A DNA stretch of 64,000 nt from the IMG/VR virus record IMGVR_UViG_3300008117_000001. One strand, 5' to 3'. How positions within the stretch are numbered: position 1 is the first letter of the stretch; each line of letters opens with the position of its first letter. The position numbers and the translations under genes are program-made. The notes beneath the pieces are model-generated. The model was not told where the DNA came from. It searched no databases and was given only the letters and a program-made list of their open reading frames with translations. This DNA is from a virus. Of this stretch, positions 20,415-30,532 are shown piece after piece.

Positions 20415-20744
20415 CTAACCAAAGTTAATGTGATCTATACTATCTATTATAACACGCAAAGCTTCATCTTCTAAAGCTTGCCAAGCGTTTTGCCAATCTT
20501 GCCTTAAAAGAATAGCATTATTAGGGTCATTATCCCAAGCTTGAGAATAATGGTTTTCTATTTCACAATAATCACTTATTACCTTGCGAATGCGCTGAAG
20601 TTCAAGGTTTTCTGCAGCTAATTGTTGTTTAAGCTGCTGAATTTCCGCAATGGCGTCAATACATGCAGTAGGGATAATATTTCCAGCCATTGGTCCACGT
20701 AAAGAAGCAATGTCTTCTAGCCGTTTTATAATATGATCACTCAT
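20415..20744 (-). CDS. Hypothetical protein
   Basis: 109 aa, D-I-x-x-R-L...AEIQQL pattern. Confidence 0.65.
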   Translation of the reverse strand: MSDHIIKRLEDIASLRGPMAGNIIPTACIDAIAEIQQLKQQLAAENLELQRIRKVISDYCEIENHYSQAWDNDPNNAILLRQDWQNAWQALEDEALRVIIDSIDHINFG

Positions 20745-20919
20745 CGCGCAACTCCGTCCATGCGTCTAGCGCATCATCCCATTTGCCTGTACGAATGCCA
20801 TGAGCGAGGGCATCGCCTGCTTTCCGTAACCGTTCAATCTCGTCGGCGGCTTGCTTCTTCAACTTGTCCATATGCTCATACTTACGGAGTAGACCAAGCA
20901 CATCTAGGTCGTCACTCAC
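20737..20919 (-). CDS. Hypothetical protein (ADEIERLR family)
   Basis: Probable GTG start at 20919. Confidence 0.6.
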   Translation of the reverse strand: MSDDLDVLGLLRKYEHMDKLKKQAADEIERLRKAGDALAHGIRTGKWDDALDAWTELRDE

Positions 20920-21145
20920 CACGCACCGCCTTTTCGTAGGCAAGGTTGCATTTGTCCCATGCGCCGTCCAACCCAAGCCGATGGCGGTGTGTCGTTGCGA
21001 AGTCGTCGGCAATTATGCGCCATTTTGCGACTGCTTCCCGCAGTCGTTCAATCTCTTTAGCAGATGCTGTAAGTAAATGGTTTGGCCACGTAGATTCAGC
21101 GGCTGAACGCAACATATCTACAATGTCATCTTGATCGTCAGTCAT
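20912..21145 (-). CDS. Hypothetical protein (AKEIERLR family)
   Basis: Probable start MTDDQDDIV. Confidence 0.6.
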   Translation of the reverse strand: MTDDQDDIVDMLRSAAESTWPNHLLTASAKEIERLREAVAKWRIIADDFATTHRHRLGLDGAWDKCNLAYEKAVRGE

Positions 21146-21377
21146 TGCAGAGCTCCCAGTCTCCACACCACTCGTTACTTTCAACATGTGGCCACTTTGT
21201 ACCTAGGCCTACGACAATAATTGGGGCATGCCTACGACATTCGTTTAACTTCTGTGCAGAATACGTTTCGTAATAAATGCAGTTAGAACAAGTGTTATTA
21301 ACTGTGATTAATTGATTTTCATATTCTGGTTCTTCAATTGGTTCGCGAAACAAAAGTTCTCCTTTATAATGATTCAT
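21138..21377 (-). CDS. Small Cys-rich protein
   Basis: CSNC...CRRHAP...WCGDW. Confidence 0.65.
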   Translation of the reverse strand: MNHYKGELLFREPIEEPEYENQLITVNNTCSNCIYYETYSAQKLNECRRHAPIIVVGLGTKWPHVESNEWCGDWELCND

Positions 21378-21382
21378 AATTA

Positions 21383-21694
21383 TCAGTCATTATATTCGCT
21401 AACTAATTTAATAATCTGATTATGAAGATCAGCGACTTTTTCTACAGTAGATAAATCATTAGCATATCTAATGTAAATGTCTAAAACCTGACGACAATAA
21501 GCTATATCTCCAAGAGTTGGCGTAGTATTGGCATCAAAAGAAGTTAACCATATTTGCAACGCATCAGCGAGTGCATTCATGATGATGTTAGAATCTTCTA
21601 TTTGTATAAAATAGTTTTTGTTGTTTTCTTCCAAAATAGAAACCTTATGGGTAAGAGCATTAATCATAGCTTGTTTCATGGCAATATGGTCCAC
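21383..21694 (-). CDS. Hypothetical protein
   Basis: 103-aa ORF. Confidence 0.6.
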   Translation of the reverse strand: MDHIAMKQAMINALTHKVSILEENNKNYFIQIEDSNIIMNALADALQIWLTSFDANTTPTLGDIAYCRQVLDIYIRYANDLSTVEKVADLHNQIIKLVSEYND

Positions 21695-21790
21695 TAGTAG
21701 TCCTTAACGGTAGCAATGATGCGAGCAACAACAGTTATTGTCATTAAACAAAAAACTGCTAAAAGAGAAGTAATATAAAAGTTTGATTTT

Positions 21791-22048
21791 TTATTGATGC
21801 TCATAAAGCTCATTCATTTTGATACGAGTTTGCCAACGATCATATGCGTTGCGGACAGCAGGATGATCATAGATTACAATTGGCCATTGATCCAAATTAA
21901 TAAGAGCTACTATAGCTTCCTCTGTACCGCAATCAGAACATATTTCTGTTTTATTATCTATACGAGAAATTGCTCCTGGATACTCTCCGGCAAAAGCATT
22001 GCTGGGTATAAATCCTAAACAACGAGGACAAACTGGTTTATCTAACAT
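21791..22048 (-). CDS. Small Zn-finger protein
   Basis: CPRC...GAISRIDNKTEICSDCGTEEA. Confidence 0.65.
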   Translation of the reverse strand: MLDKPVCPRCLGFIPSNAFAGEYPGAISRIDNKTEICSDCGTEEAIVALINLDQWPIVIYDHPAVRNAYDRWQTRIKMNELYEHQ

Positions 22049-22536
22049 ATTTGAAAACCGCCACAATCAAGTAAAAACTCTGAAAAGTTTGATATATTAT
22101 CTAAAGTAAGATGATATGATGTTTGAAAGTTAGGAATATTACCAGTACCTTTGCATGAATGGCATTCCGGATTAGGATCTTTAGGTTGAGTTTTGGGAAA
22201 TGGTATTTCTCCATCGTGAACAAAAGACTCTAAAAGAGAAACGCCAGTACAATGACACGGCTGATTGGAAAGATTATCCAAATAATCCTGACGTTTATCT
22301 ATGTATTCTTGAGCTTCACCAGACTCTATTGATTTGCGCAAAGCAAAACCAAGCTTGCGAGAATTAACAGAATTAAGACCATCACCATCATTACTGTGAG
22401 CGTACTTAACTTTATTGGCTATATCAGGAAGAACATGAATACAGTAATCCCACAAAGGGTGCCAATACCAAACATTGTTACGAAAATAGGATCCTTTTTC
22501 TGTTTTTGGATTCTTTCCGAAAACATCCATTCCCAT
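22042..22536 (-). CDS. Phage hypothetical protein with a Cys cluster
   Basis: 164 aa, RBS GGAGG, CHC...CHSC. Confidence 0.7.
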   Translation of the reverse strand: MGMDVFGKNPKTEKGSYFRNNVWYWHPLWDYCIHVLPDIANKVKYAHSNDGDGLNSVNSRKLGFALRKSIESGEAQEYIDKRQDYLDNLSNQPCHCTGVSLLESFVHDGEIPFPKTQPKDPNPECHSCKGTGNIPNFQTSYHLTLDNISNFSEFLLDCGGFQIC

Positions 22537-22555
22537 GGTTACCTCCAGTGTTTTG

Positions 22556-22628
22556 CTCCGAGAGCAGGGCTCGAACCTGCGACCCGCTGATTAACAGTCA
22601 GCTGCTCTGCCAACTGAGCTATCTCGGA
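22556..22628 (-). tRNA. tRNA-Asn(GTT)
   Basis: Cloverleaf TCCGAGATAGCTCAG...CTGTTAA...GGTTCGAGCCC...TCTCGGAG; CCA not encoded. Confidence 0.95.
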
Positions 22629-22826
22629 TAGGGTTTATAATCAAGTTCAGCTGTATGAAAAAGAAATTTTCTTACGAGTAATATAAAACATTATTATGGA
22701 GATAAGAGTCTCCATAAGTTTAAGTATAGACTGAAACTCTTTAATACTTTTCATCAATTTAATCAAAAATAATTTAAGCTTTGACGAAAAGTCTTTGAGC
22801 ATCTTTTTTCCTTTGTGAGGTTGTGT

Positions 22827-23219
22827 CTATTCAATTCTTTCCATAAGTTTAAGAGTAACCATATTTGGAGTGCATCTATGGGTTGGAACATCACTAATTC
22901 CAACAAGCATAGTGAGAATAGATCCGCATCCTGGACATTTCCATTTAGAACCTTTTTTGGTAGATTCTAACATATCTTGATAGTTGACTGGTTTAGGGTG
23001 CAGCATGCTATGAACTTTAGAAACTGAAAGATCAGAAAGTTCAGAAGAGTTATTTTTGGGTGCAACTTGTGGTTCAGATATTTTTACTTCTGGCGAAGCA
23101 AGCTTTATGACTGTGCTTTCCAAAGAAGTACAGGCAGGGCAAAGTAGCGGTTTTCTTCCACGGAGTCTAGTTCTTTTCCAAGTGGAAGAGCAAGAAGTGC
23201 AAGTGAGTTCTTCCTCCAT
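22827..23219 (-). CDS. Zn-ribbon protein
   Basis: Three CxxC pairs. Confidence 0.65.
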   Translation of the reverse strand: MEEELTCTSCSSTWKRTRLRGRKPLLCPACTSLESTVIKLASPEVKISEPQVAPKNNSSELSDLSVSKVHSMLHPKPVNYQDMLESTKKGSKWKCPGCGSILTMLVGISDVPTHRCTPNMVTLKLMERIE

Positions 23220-23232
23220 AAGAATCCTTTAA

Positions 23233-23598
23233 TTAACGAGAAAAGTTTATTTTTTCCTTTGATATTACCATAGCTTTAGGTATATTTATGACCATACAAA
23301 AGTAATTATCTATAGTAACAGTAGAAGCTATAGTGTAATAATTTGATTTTCCATTGTCAGAAATAAGATAGCCTACAGTATGACAAATGTAGTCTTCTCT
23401 TTCTATGGAAGAACAATCATGCCACTCATCAGTCTCGGAAAAAGCATCTCTCCAAATAATATGGTAAACAGGGGCATCTTTTGTTAGTGATTTAATTTTA
23501 TCTTTTTTAATAAAAGATTTTACTTTTTTTTCACTAACTTGCTCGATAGGTAATATATTTTCTGCGGATTGCTGAGGCTCTTCAATTCTCTTTGACAT
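23233..23598 (-). CDS. Phage hypothetical protein
   Basis: 121 aa, GGAG RBS. Confidence 0.7.
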   Translation of the reverse strand: MSKRIEEPQQSAENILPIEQVSEKKVKSFIKKDKIKSLTKDAPVYHIIWRDAFSETDEWHDCSSIEREDYICHTVGYLISDNGKSNYYTIASTVTIDNYFCMVINIPKAMVISKEKINFSR

Positions 23599-23633
23599 AT
23601 TAGTCTCCTAGGATAATATAGCTATTAATGTAT

Positions 23634-23642
23634 ATTATACCA
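23634..23642 (-). promoter_or_regulatory. Extended -10 promoter (TGGTATAAT)
   Basis: Located ~35 nt upstream of the ATG at 23598. Confidence 0.55.
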
Positions 23643-23771
23643 AAAAACTAATTAGTTTTGGTCAAAGAATCATAATTTACATAATAAGTTGTACCAAAGA
23701 CAATTTTGGCTATATTATGGATTTCATCAGAGTTGCTGCAATAATCACTGGGAGTTAAAAATAAAGTGTTT

Positions 23772-24062
23772 TTATGTCTGGCTTTGTTCTTGCTTTTTCG
23801 TCTCTTGCTCAATGTTCACCGGTCCAGACTGTTCGGATGCAAAAGATATTCTTTCAGAAGAATAAGTGTCTCTTATTGTGAGATTAAAATAATTACCCAC
23901 AGAAGGGGCTGATATAAGAGATTCATAAACTTTTTTAGGAACTCTATGATAAGCCCAAATGGAGCCACTCTTAAATTCTATGACTAATGTCATAGCAAGC
24001 GAGCTCCATCCAATAGACTTTATAAAAGAACTATCTTTAGGTTCATTTATATAAATTGACAT
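23772..24062 (-). CDS. KTSC domain protein
   Basis: SSFIKSIGW...LVIEFKSGSIWAYHRVPKKVYESLISAPSVGNYFN. Confidence 0.85.
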   Translation of the reverse strand: MSIYINEPKDSSFIKSIGWSSLAMTLVIEFKSGSIWAYHRVPKKVYESLISAPSVGNYFNLTIRDTYSSERISFASEQSGPVNIEQETKKQEQSQT

Positions 24063-24070
24063 TAAGAATC

Positions 24071-24538
24071 CTATGGGTAGTTGTGCACAGTTTTGGTAGT
24101 ATGATCAACGTAGATTACTCTTTGATATATCTCAAATGGAGAAATATACTCACCATTAATAACTTTTACATCTTGACGAACTTGATATGTCAAACCATTA
24201 GACCAAGAAAAACCTTCAACAACATACCCTTGCTTTCTTCTCACCGCATAATATGGTGATGGAGAACCATCTTCCAACATTAAATAGCGGAAAGTAAAAA
24301 GAGGTATTGGAGAAAATAGATATTGACCAGTTTTGTCTTGAACTTTGCCAAAAAAGAGACAAAATTCAGACGACATTTTATCAATCTCATCAAAGGTATA
24401 TATATCTGGAGCACTATATCTGTAGTGTAAATAGTTATTAAGATAGTTGTGCTGAAGATATAGGTATGATTCCTCTTCGTCTATATCAGACTCAACAAGA
24501 TGCACGGTATGCAATGTTTTTATAAGAGGATCTATCAT
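24071..24538 (-). CDS. Hypothetical protein
   Basis: 155-aa ORF. Confidence 0.65.
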   Translation of the reverse strand: MIDPLIKTLHTVHLVESDIDEEESYLYLQHNYLNNYLHYRYSAPDIYTFDEIDKMSSEFCLFFGKVQDKTGQYLFSPIPLFTFRYLMLEDGSPSPYYAVRRKQGYVVEGFSWSNGLTYQVRQDVKVINGEYISPFEIYQRVIYVDHTTKTVHNYP

Positions 24539-24542
24539 AATA

Positions 24543-24914
24543 TCACTCAGATGAAATAATGAGTTTTACATATAAAGTTTTACGTTCAATAGCAGTAAGA
24601 AATTTTATAGCATTGTTGCGCCATTGATTTTCTTCAATAATATATTCTTCGATTTGATCTTGGGAAGCATAGTTATCACGCATATTTTTGATTTCAGCTT
24701 TAGTGTTTGCTTTGAATTGAGTAAGCTGAAGCTCTAGTTCCTTGCGAAGATTGCGAAGACAAAAAAGCCAAAGATCAAGATTATTAAAAAGTATAGTTTT
24801 TTCTTCAGAAGTGCAAGGCTTATTTTTTACGTCACGCAAAACTATATCTTGAAAAGATTTAAGATCACTATCGGTTAATTCAGATATGTGAGAAGTGCTC
24901 CATATATCAGTCAT
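24543..24914 (-). CDS. Hypothetical protein
   Basis: 123-aa ORF. Confidence 0.65.
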   Translation of the reverse strand: MTDIWSTSHISELTDSDLKSFQDIVLRDVKNKPCTSEEKTILFNNLDLWLFCLRNLRKELELQLTQFKANTKAEIKNMRDNYASQDQIEEYIIEENQWRNNAIKFLTAIERKTLYVKLIISSE

Positions 24915-24922
24915 TTTTTACC

Positions 24923-25657
24923 TTACCGCTTATGAATAAAATCATAAGCTTGTTTTATGTCAATAGAAAAATGCTCTGGTGTATTACCACCAGACTTTAG
25001 TATATACATTGGGGAATATGTAACAAGTATTGGCCAATAGCCAAGCCACATTATATTTCCGCGAGTCTCTTTAATTTTTATTTGGGAACCAAAAAGAACA
25101 GATGCCGGAGTGGCGCCAAGGCAAAGAATCAACTTTGGATTTAACAATTGCAGTTCAAGATGAAGGTATGGAGAACAATTAATAACTTCCTGTTCTTCAT
25201 ACTTTCTTCTTACTGGACATCTATTGACATAAGTTAAGCAAAGTTGATCTGAAGAAAATCCAGCTTCCTTAAAAGCATTAACCATTAAGGTTATTGCTTC
25301 AGGGGATATAGAAGGAGAATCAACAACTATAACTACATCTGGATTTTCCACATTCCATTTTGGTAGCTCAGGAACACTATCAATCTTGCATTTTCTACAA
25401 TTTTTAGTTACGGTATGTAAATCTTTAATATTTGTAGAAATTTTTCTAGATAAAATATCAACACGAATATCATGAAAAAGTTGAGTAATTTCAGATATTG
25501 CCATTCTATTTTCTAGCCTAGAATAGATAAGAGATAAAATATCTGTTTCAGCAAAACCTAAATATGCTTCTGAGCTACCAAATGGATGATGATCTTCTTT
25601 TTGGGATAGGGCATTTTCGATAAGCTTTTGAAGATCTAGCTCATCGAAATCTTCCAT
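24923..25657 (-). CDS. Uracil-DNA glycosylase family 4-like Fe-S protein with degenerate catalytic motifs
   Basis: CRKC, YVNRCP, EVINCSPYLHLELQLLNPKLILCLG; motif A reads VDSPS instead of GEAPG and motif B reads YSP instead of HP. Confidence 0.75.
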   Translation of the reverse strand: MEDFDELDLQKLIENALSQKEDHHPFGSSEAYLGFAETDILSLIYSRLENRMAISEITQLFHDIRVDILSRKISTNIKDLHTVTKNCRKCKIDSVPELPKWNVENPDVVIVVDSPSISPEAITLMVNAFKEAGFSSDQLCLTYVNRCPVRRKYEEQEVINCSPYLHLELQLLNPKLILCLGATPASVLFGSQIKIKETRGNIMWLGYWPILVTYSPMYILKSGGNTPEHFSIDIKQAYDFIHKR

Positions 25658-26082
25658 CAGAAGCTCGAAGGAATAGAAGCGCTAGACTGAGGAGCTGAAG
25701 CCTTTGTAGCGCCATCGGCAGCTGGCTTTGCGGCTCTACCAGAATAGGTAAGGTGCTCAGCAACAATGACGATTCTGGAACGGGCCTGATCGTCCTGCTT
25801 CCAGCGCTCCTGAACAAGGCGTCCTACAATAGAAATTGTAGAGCCCTTCTTGAGCTTCGACTGGTCAATCTGAGTGCCAACAAAAGTGGCGTTCTTGCTG
25901 ACAAATCCAGAGCTGTCCTTGAGGTAGTAAACTACATCGAAATAGCCAGAGTTATTGTCAGTATCCTTATCGGAACCAGAATAATCAACCCCTATTCTGA
26001 GCTTCAGTATCTTTCCGTTAACGAGTTCTGGATCTGCAACCAGTCCTCCTGTAATATTAATTAGGTTATTAGGGTCTATCAT
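25657..26082 (-). CDS. ssb: Single-stranded DNA-binding protein
   Basis: NLINITGGLVADPEL...KGSTISIVGRLVQERWKQDDQARSRIVIVAEHL, with a flexible tail ending in F. Confidence 0.85.
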   Translation of the reverse strand: MIDPNNLINITGGLVADPELVNGKILKLRIGVDYSGSDKDTDNNSGYFDVVYYLKDSSGFVSKNATFVGTQIDQSKLKKGSTISIVGRLVQERWKQDDQARSRIVIVAEHLTYSGRAAKPAADGATKASAPQSSASIPSSF

Positions 26083-26315
26083 GGTTTCTCCTGTTCATTG
26101 GTTTCTATTGCTTTCTCAAAATGATCTACAATCTCTTTGAGATAATTAACTGATATTACTACAGCTTTTTCTGGACCATGTTCCATAATATTATGGTTGA
26201 TCATGGAAACAAATAAATTGTAGATACCAGATTTAAGATCCATAATTATATCAGTAGGAATATAGTCTGGTTGTTCATCTATGAGAGAATATTTCTCATC
26301 TTCATTATTTTGCAT
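26079..26315 (-). CDS. Hypothetical protein
   Basis: 78-aa ORF with overlapping start and stop codons. Confidence 0.65.
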   Translation of the reverse strand: MQNNEDEKYSLIDEQPDYIPTDIIMDLKSGIYNLFVSMINHNIMEHGPEKAVVISVNYLKEIVDHFEKAIETNEQEKP

Positions 26316-26611
26316 TATTTAACTCTCTTTGATAGTGCGGTGTCAATCATCTGACCTAAAGCTTTAATATCATTATAACCTTTATCGTATAATATGGAAA
26401 TGATAGGTTTAGGGTCAATATGATTGTATGTAATTAATTGAAGATTAAAAACATCGTTGAGAGTATAAATTCTATAATTGTTTAAATCTCTACGAGGAGC
26501 AGGATACTTTTGGTTTTTTTCTCTGTTTGATACGGTGAGCGTAGTAACATTGAGAATTTGAGCAACCTCAGATCTTGTAAAGATTGGTTCTGAAGTGTAT
26601 GTTTTAGTCAA
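26315..26611 (-). CDS. MerR-like HTH DNA-binding protein
   Basis: FTRSEVAQILNVTTLTVSNRE...PRRDLNNYRIYTLNDV. Confidence 0.8.
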   Translation of the reverse strand: MTKTYTSEPIFTRSEVAQILNVTTLTVSNREKNQKYPAPRRDLNNYRIYTLNDVFNLQLITYNHIDPKPIISILYDKGYNDIKALGQMIDTALSKRVK

Positions 26612-26675
26612 ATTTTTCTACCTTTATTTATGTTTATATAAATATATAGTAGCAAAAAATAAGAGATAATTCAAG

Positions 26676-27815
26676 TCAAATGAGAGAAGAAAGAGAAACA
26701 AAAACGTCAGAAATAACTTTATCTATTGAAGAATGATTCTGAAAAGTTGTTTCAGAGTTATTAATAAAGTTCTTAACGGCTTCATCAAAATACAAAGGTG
26801 GAGACTGAAGAGAACGAAGATACTTGTAGTATCTATTCTCATTATAGTCATATAGATTTCCAGAATCTTCGGACTCTTCATGGGAAAGGCGAACATCATC
26901 AGGATCAATTCCGTAATGGTCAAAATAATCAAGAATTCTTGATGTGCCAATTTCTTGAATAGTTGAATGAACTCTTTCAGAGGTACAAGGATTCGGCCAA
27001 GGAATGGAAGATATATCATTAAGAGATATTTTTTCCCAAGCAGAAAAGACATGAGATATAAAAGAATAATCTATATAAAAAGTAAAAGGACTAATCGGTG
27101 AAGCGAGAGGATAAAATGGGTTAGCCGAAAATTCAGAGCGACGGTTAATTTGAAAAATGCATTCAGCAATGTTCATTGTAAGATCAAGATTTGATCCAGA
27201 GTTCCATATCCAATTATATGCTGCGTTAACAACGCCAGAAACGCTATTATCATAGCGATTTATTTCTTCCATGCTATCAAACATAGGATTGCACAAAGTG
27301 GCATTATTATAAAAATTAAGAAGTGGTGGCAAATAAAGTCTTGAAGAAGAAAAGTCAGCACCCTGTAAAGAATGAGACATGAAGTACATAGCTATTTGAT
27401 TGGGATAATGTACTCCATTAAAAACGGAATATGAAACAAAATAAACAGTCCAAGGAATTGGAAGTCTGTATATATAATTTTTAGAATTATCATAATCAAT
27501 ATTGTCAATAACAGCAGGAATTACTTGTATGTTATTATACGTAGGAGGACGTTCAAAGATAACAACTTTGTTATCAATATGAATTAATCCCGGAGGAAGT
27601 ATTCCGGTATCAAAATGAAGTAAAGAGTTATCATTTGATTTGTTTAGATAGTTGATAACAGGAGATATTAATTCGGGGGAAATATCTACAAAAAGAGAAT
27701 TAACAGACAAACTATTGCGATAACAATCGTAGCCTATAGTATCTTCATAGTTGGGGTGATTAAAAGAAAAGCTTCTATAAGAAGAAGAAATGTAATTAAA
27801 GTTTGACATATTCAT
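26676..27815 (-). CDS. Prokaryotic E2-like protein (Prok-E2 family D / PRTRC-B-like), paralogue 3
   Basis: VIFERPP...LPIPWTVYF...RLYLPPLLNFYNNATLCNP; the Cys follows the P-x-x-N motif. Confidence 0.55.
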   Translation of the reverse strand: MNMSNFNYISSSYRSFSFNHPNYEDTIGYDCYRNSLSVNSLFVDISPELISPVINYLNKSNDNSLLHFDTGILPPGLIHIDNKVVIFERPPTYNNIQVIPAVIDNIDYDNSKNYIYRLPIPWTVYFVSYSVFNGVHYPNQIAMYFMSHSLQGADFSSSRLYLPPLLNFYNNATLCNPMFDSMEEINRYDNSVSGVVNAAYNWIWNSGSNLDLTMNIAECIFQINRRSEFSANPFYPLASPISPFTFYIDYSFISHVFSAWEKISLNDISSIPWPNPCTSERVHSTIQEIGTSRILDYFDHYGIDPDDVRLSHEESEDSGNLYDYNENRYYKYLRSLQSPPLYFDEAVKNFINNSETTFQNHSSIDKVISDVFVSLSSLI

Positions 27816-29424
27816 CCTTAGAAACTACATCATACAATGCGGTTGATTGACAAGGGAAATAAAAATCGTTTTCAATATAAACTTTTAACATCTCCAAATA
27901 AAGATCATGAAGAGTCATATCGGAAGAAGAAGGATTAATAAAATAGATTTTAGAATCTTCAAAATTATAAATAGGAATAGAAGAATTTTGAAGAGAATCT
28001 AAAACAGACTTATTAATATTAATAGGAATATCTCCATTACTTAAGTGGTTGTTAAGATAGTTCATAGGACTGTAAGCAACTGGAGAATTGACTAAAATAA
28101 TATTAGTAGTACTGGAGTCATATTCCGCATAAGACATGTTTTTAGCGGAAATAGAACTGATTAAATTACGAATGTAAGAACTATCTAGGGTACGATAATT
28201 TCTATGTTGAGACGTAATAGACTCAAAAGAAATAGGCTTAAAAGCAGAAGAATTGTGATGATTTGATGCAAATATAGAATTGTCTTTATTCTTATCTATA
28301 TCTTGATACATAAAATCTATTTCTTCAAGAAGAGCTAAAACCTCAGAAAGTGTAAAAGTAGAAATTATAGACAATATTGCATAATGAGAATAATCATGAG
28401 GCAGATTAGCAAAAAACTTAGAAGGAGCAGATTTATATACGGAATATATCTTAGAGATTTTATTTAACCCTGCTTTTTCCATAGTTTCTTCATCTGGAGA
28501 AAAAAGTTTAATTAGATTAGGAATAGAAGAAAGAAATTTAGGATTAGGATTTTTAGCGTTAAGTTGATGATAAAATTTAGAAGTATAAAGATATAGCCAA
28601 GCATTAGTAAGATCTGCGTTCCAAGAACCAGCAAAAAACTCGTTGATCATATAGGCATACAATGAAGCAGGAGTTGTATTGGCGTTTTCCAATGGAAGGT
28701 CAGAGAGACTGCCGGAATAGCATATTCTTGAATCAGGATAAGTATTTGGAAGATATGTCGGATAGTAGTTATCGGACATTGAAGTCAAAGACTTATGAGA
28801 AAAATACATGTACTGAGATCCACCAGGATAATTTGGATTAAAGACATAGATTGTCCAAGGTATCCAAACAGTTTTTGGTGGAAGCTTTTTTTTATACGCA
28901 GAAGCACCACCGGGCTTATAATCTACTATGGCTTGAAAAGGAGGACGCTCAACAAATATAGTGCCGTCAGAAGAAATGTATCTTGTTGCTATTGGATAAG
29001 CAGATTTAGGAATAAAAGATTGAAAAGACTCGTTATAATATTTAGTTAAATCTTCGGTTGGAATTGAACACAACCGAGAAATCTGAGCTTGTACTAAAGA
29101 AGGAGGAGAAAGAGGTGTTGAATTATTATCCTTTTTTAGTTTATTAAATTTAACTTTATCTAAAGGATAAGCAGGAGAGAATATGTTATCTACTTCTTCA
29201 AGCAGATGAGACTGAGTTATGTACTGTAACTTAAAAGATTCTACAGTACAATAAACTGCAGCTCTATAACCAGTAATATTAGCAGCATGAACGTATGCAT
29301 AGGAGGAGCTAATACTGGCACTAGAAGAACTAGGATTATTATTATAATGAATCTCGTAAGAAGAGATATCTTCAGAATTAACTACTGAATAAAAAGAACT
29401 GCAAGATTGAGATTGGAAAGACAT
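27796..29424 (-). CDS. Prokaryotic E2-like protein, paralogue 2
   Basis: IFVERPP...VWIPWTIYVF...PTYLPNTYPDSRICYSG. Confidence 0.55.
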   Translation of the reverse strand: MSFQSQSCSSFYSVVNSEDISSYEIHYNNNPSSSSASISSSYAYVHAANITGYRAAVYCTVESFKLQYITQSHLLEEVDNIFSPAYPLDKVKFNKLKKDNNSTPLSPPSLVQAQISRLCSIPTEDLTKYYNESFQSFIPKSAYPIATRYISSDGTIFVERPPFQAIVDYKPGGASAYKKKLPPKTVWIPWTIYVFNPNYPGGSQYMYFSHKSLTSMSDNYYPTYLPNTYPDSRICYSGSLSDLPLENANTTPASLYAYMINEFFAGSWNADLTNAWLYLYTSKFYHQLNAKNPNPKFLSSIPNLIKLFSPDEETMEKAGLNKISKIYSVYKSAPSKFFANLPHDYSHYAILSIISTFTLSEVLALLEEIDFMYQDIDKNKDNSIFASNHHNSSAFKPISFESITSQHRNYRTLDSSYIRNLISSISAKNMSYAEYDSSTTNIILVNSPVAYSPMNYLNNHLSNGDIPININKSVLDSLQNSSIPIYNFEDSKIYFINPSSSDMTLHDLYLEMLKVYIENDFYFPCQSTALYDVVSKDEYVKL

Positions 29425-29425
29425 T

Positions 29426-30532
29426 TTAACCTGCCAATAGTGAAGTAATATAACTTTCTTTTTCTACATCTTTGTTTGAATCAGAAATTTCACTTTTTTC
29501 ATTTTCAGAAATAGAATGAGAAGTAGATAGATAAGGATCAATATATTGGGTGTATATTGAAGTAGCTTCTTGTAGACACTCATCATAAGAAAGAGTTGAT
29601 GGATAATTTAAAGTATTAATAGACTGATTAAGTGTATCATTATTAATAATAAATACATGATTACCTGCAGCTGTTAATGAATGAGTTAAGGAAAAGTTAA
29701 TAGAAGAGGAAGAGTGAGAAGAAGCTATAGTATTTGAAAGTATCTCAGTCTTGATAGGAGAATAAAGTGGGCAAGAAGAAAAGGAACTAAAACTGCCACA
29801 AGAAGTAAAAGATTGAGTAGCAAGTTTTGGATGGGAGCAAGAATGAAAATCGCTAATAGTATTAGCATATTTATAGTGAGAAGATATAACTACAGGAACT
29901 GAATTATCTGAAGATCTATGTGAATAATATTCACAAAGTGGAACATCTTGAGCAATAGTAGTGTAGTTAAAAAATGTAATTGTAGGAAATGACCAAGCTA
30001 TAGAATTTGGATTAGTCGGAGATTTACATACAGTAGCAAAAGATAAAGTGGAGTGTGAATAGCCAATGGGAAGTTCGGTATTGGCAAAATCACCTTTGCC
30101 TAAATGGCGAGCATAAAGTTTGTTTAGGCTATTTGTAGCTTCAATCAAATTAACAAGAGAAAGGTTGCAGTATAATTCTCCGGAATTAAAATAATCTATA
30201 ACAAAAGTTCCACCAGGTATAGATGAGTCATGATTAATAAAAAGATTAAGATCTAAAGGAGTATTTTCTGGAGAAATGTAAGGCTGTATAACAGCTTTGT
30301 ATACATTGTTAGAATGGTGAGTAACGGGATAATTAGACATTGGTAAGCTCGCCTTTAGTGGTGAATTAGTAATAGTTTTAAAAGCTTTTTTAAAAGCTGA
30401 ATCATCTATATCAACATTTGAAGGATTAAGAATAGCAGAAATGAGATTTTCTAAAGCTGTAGATTCTGATTTAATAGCAGAAAATTTATCAGAAAAAGAA
30501 ATAAATTCATCAGACATAAATATCAGTACCAA
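29426..30532 (-). CDS. Hypothetical protein with a Cys/His cluster
   Basis: 368 aa; HSCSHP...CGSF...CPLY. Confidence 0.7.
   Translation of the reverse strand: MVLIFMSDEFISFSDKFSAIKSESTALENLISAILNPSNVDIDDSAFKKAFKTITNSPLKASLPMSNYPVTHHSNNVYKAVIQPYISPENTPLDLNLFINHDSSIPGGTFVIDYFNSGELYCNLSLVNLIEATNSLNKLYARHLGKGDFANTELPIGYSHSTLSFATVCKSPTNPNSIAWSFPTITFFNYTTIAQDVPLCEYYSHRSSDNSVPVVISSHYKYANTISDFHSCSHPKLATQSFTSCGSFSSFSSCPLYSPIKTEILSNTIASSHSSSSINFSLTHSLTAAGNHVFIINNDTLNQSINTLNYPSTLSYDECLQEATSIYTQYIDPYLSTSHSISENEKSEISDSNKDVEKESYITSLLAG

Noticed and set aside
20415-21145. Repeated EIERLR-type small ORFs as a novel system
   Set aside because: This is a common small phage protein pattern with no further linking evidence.
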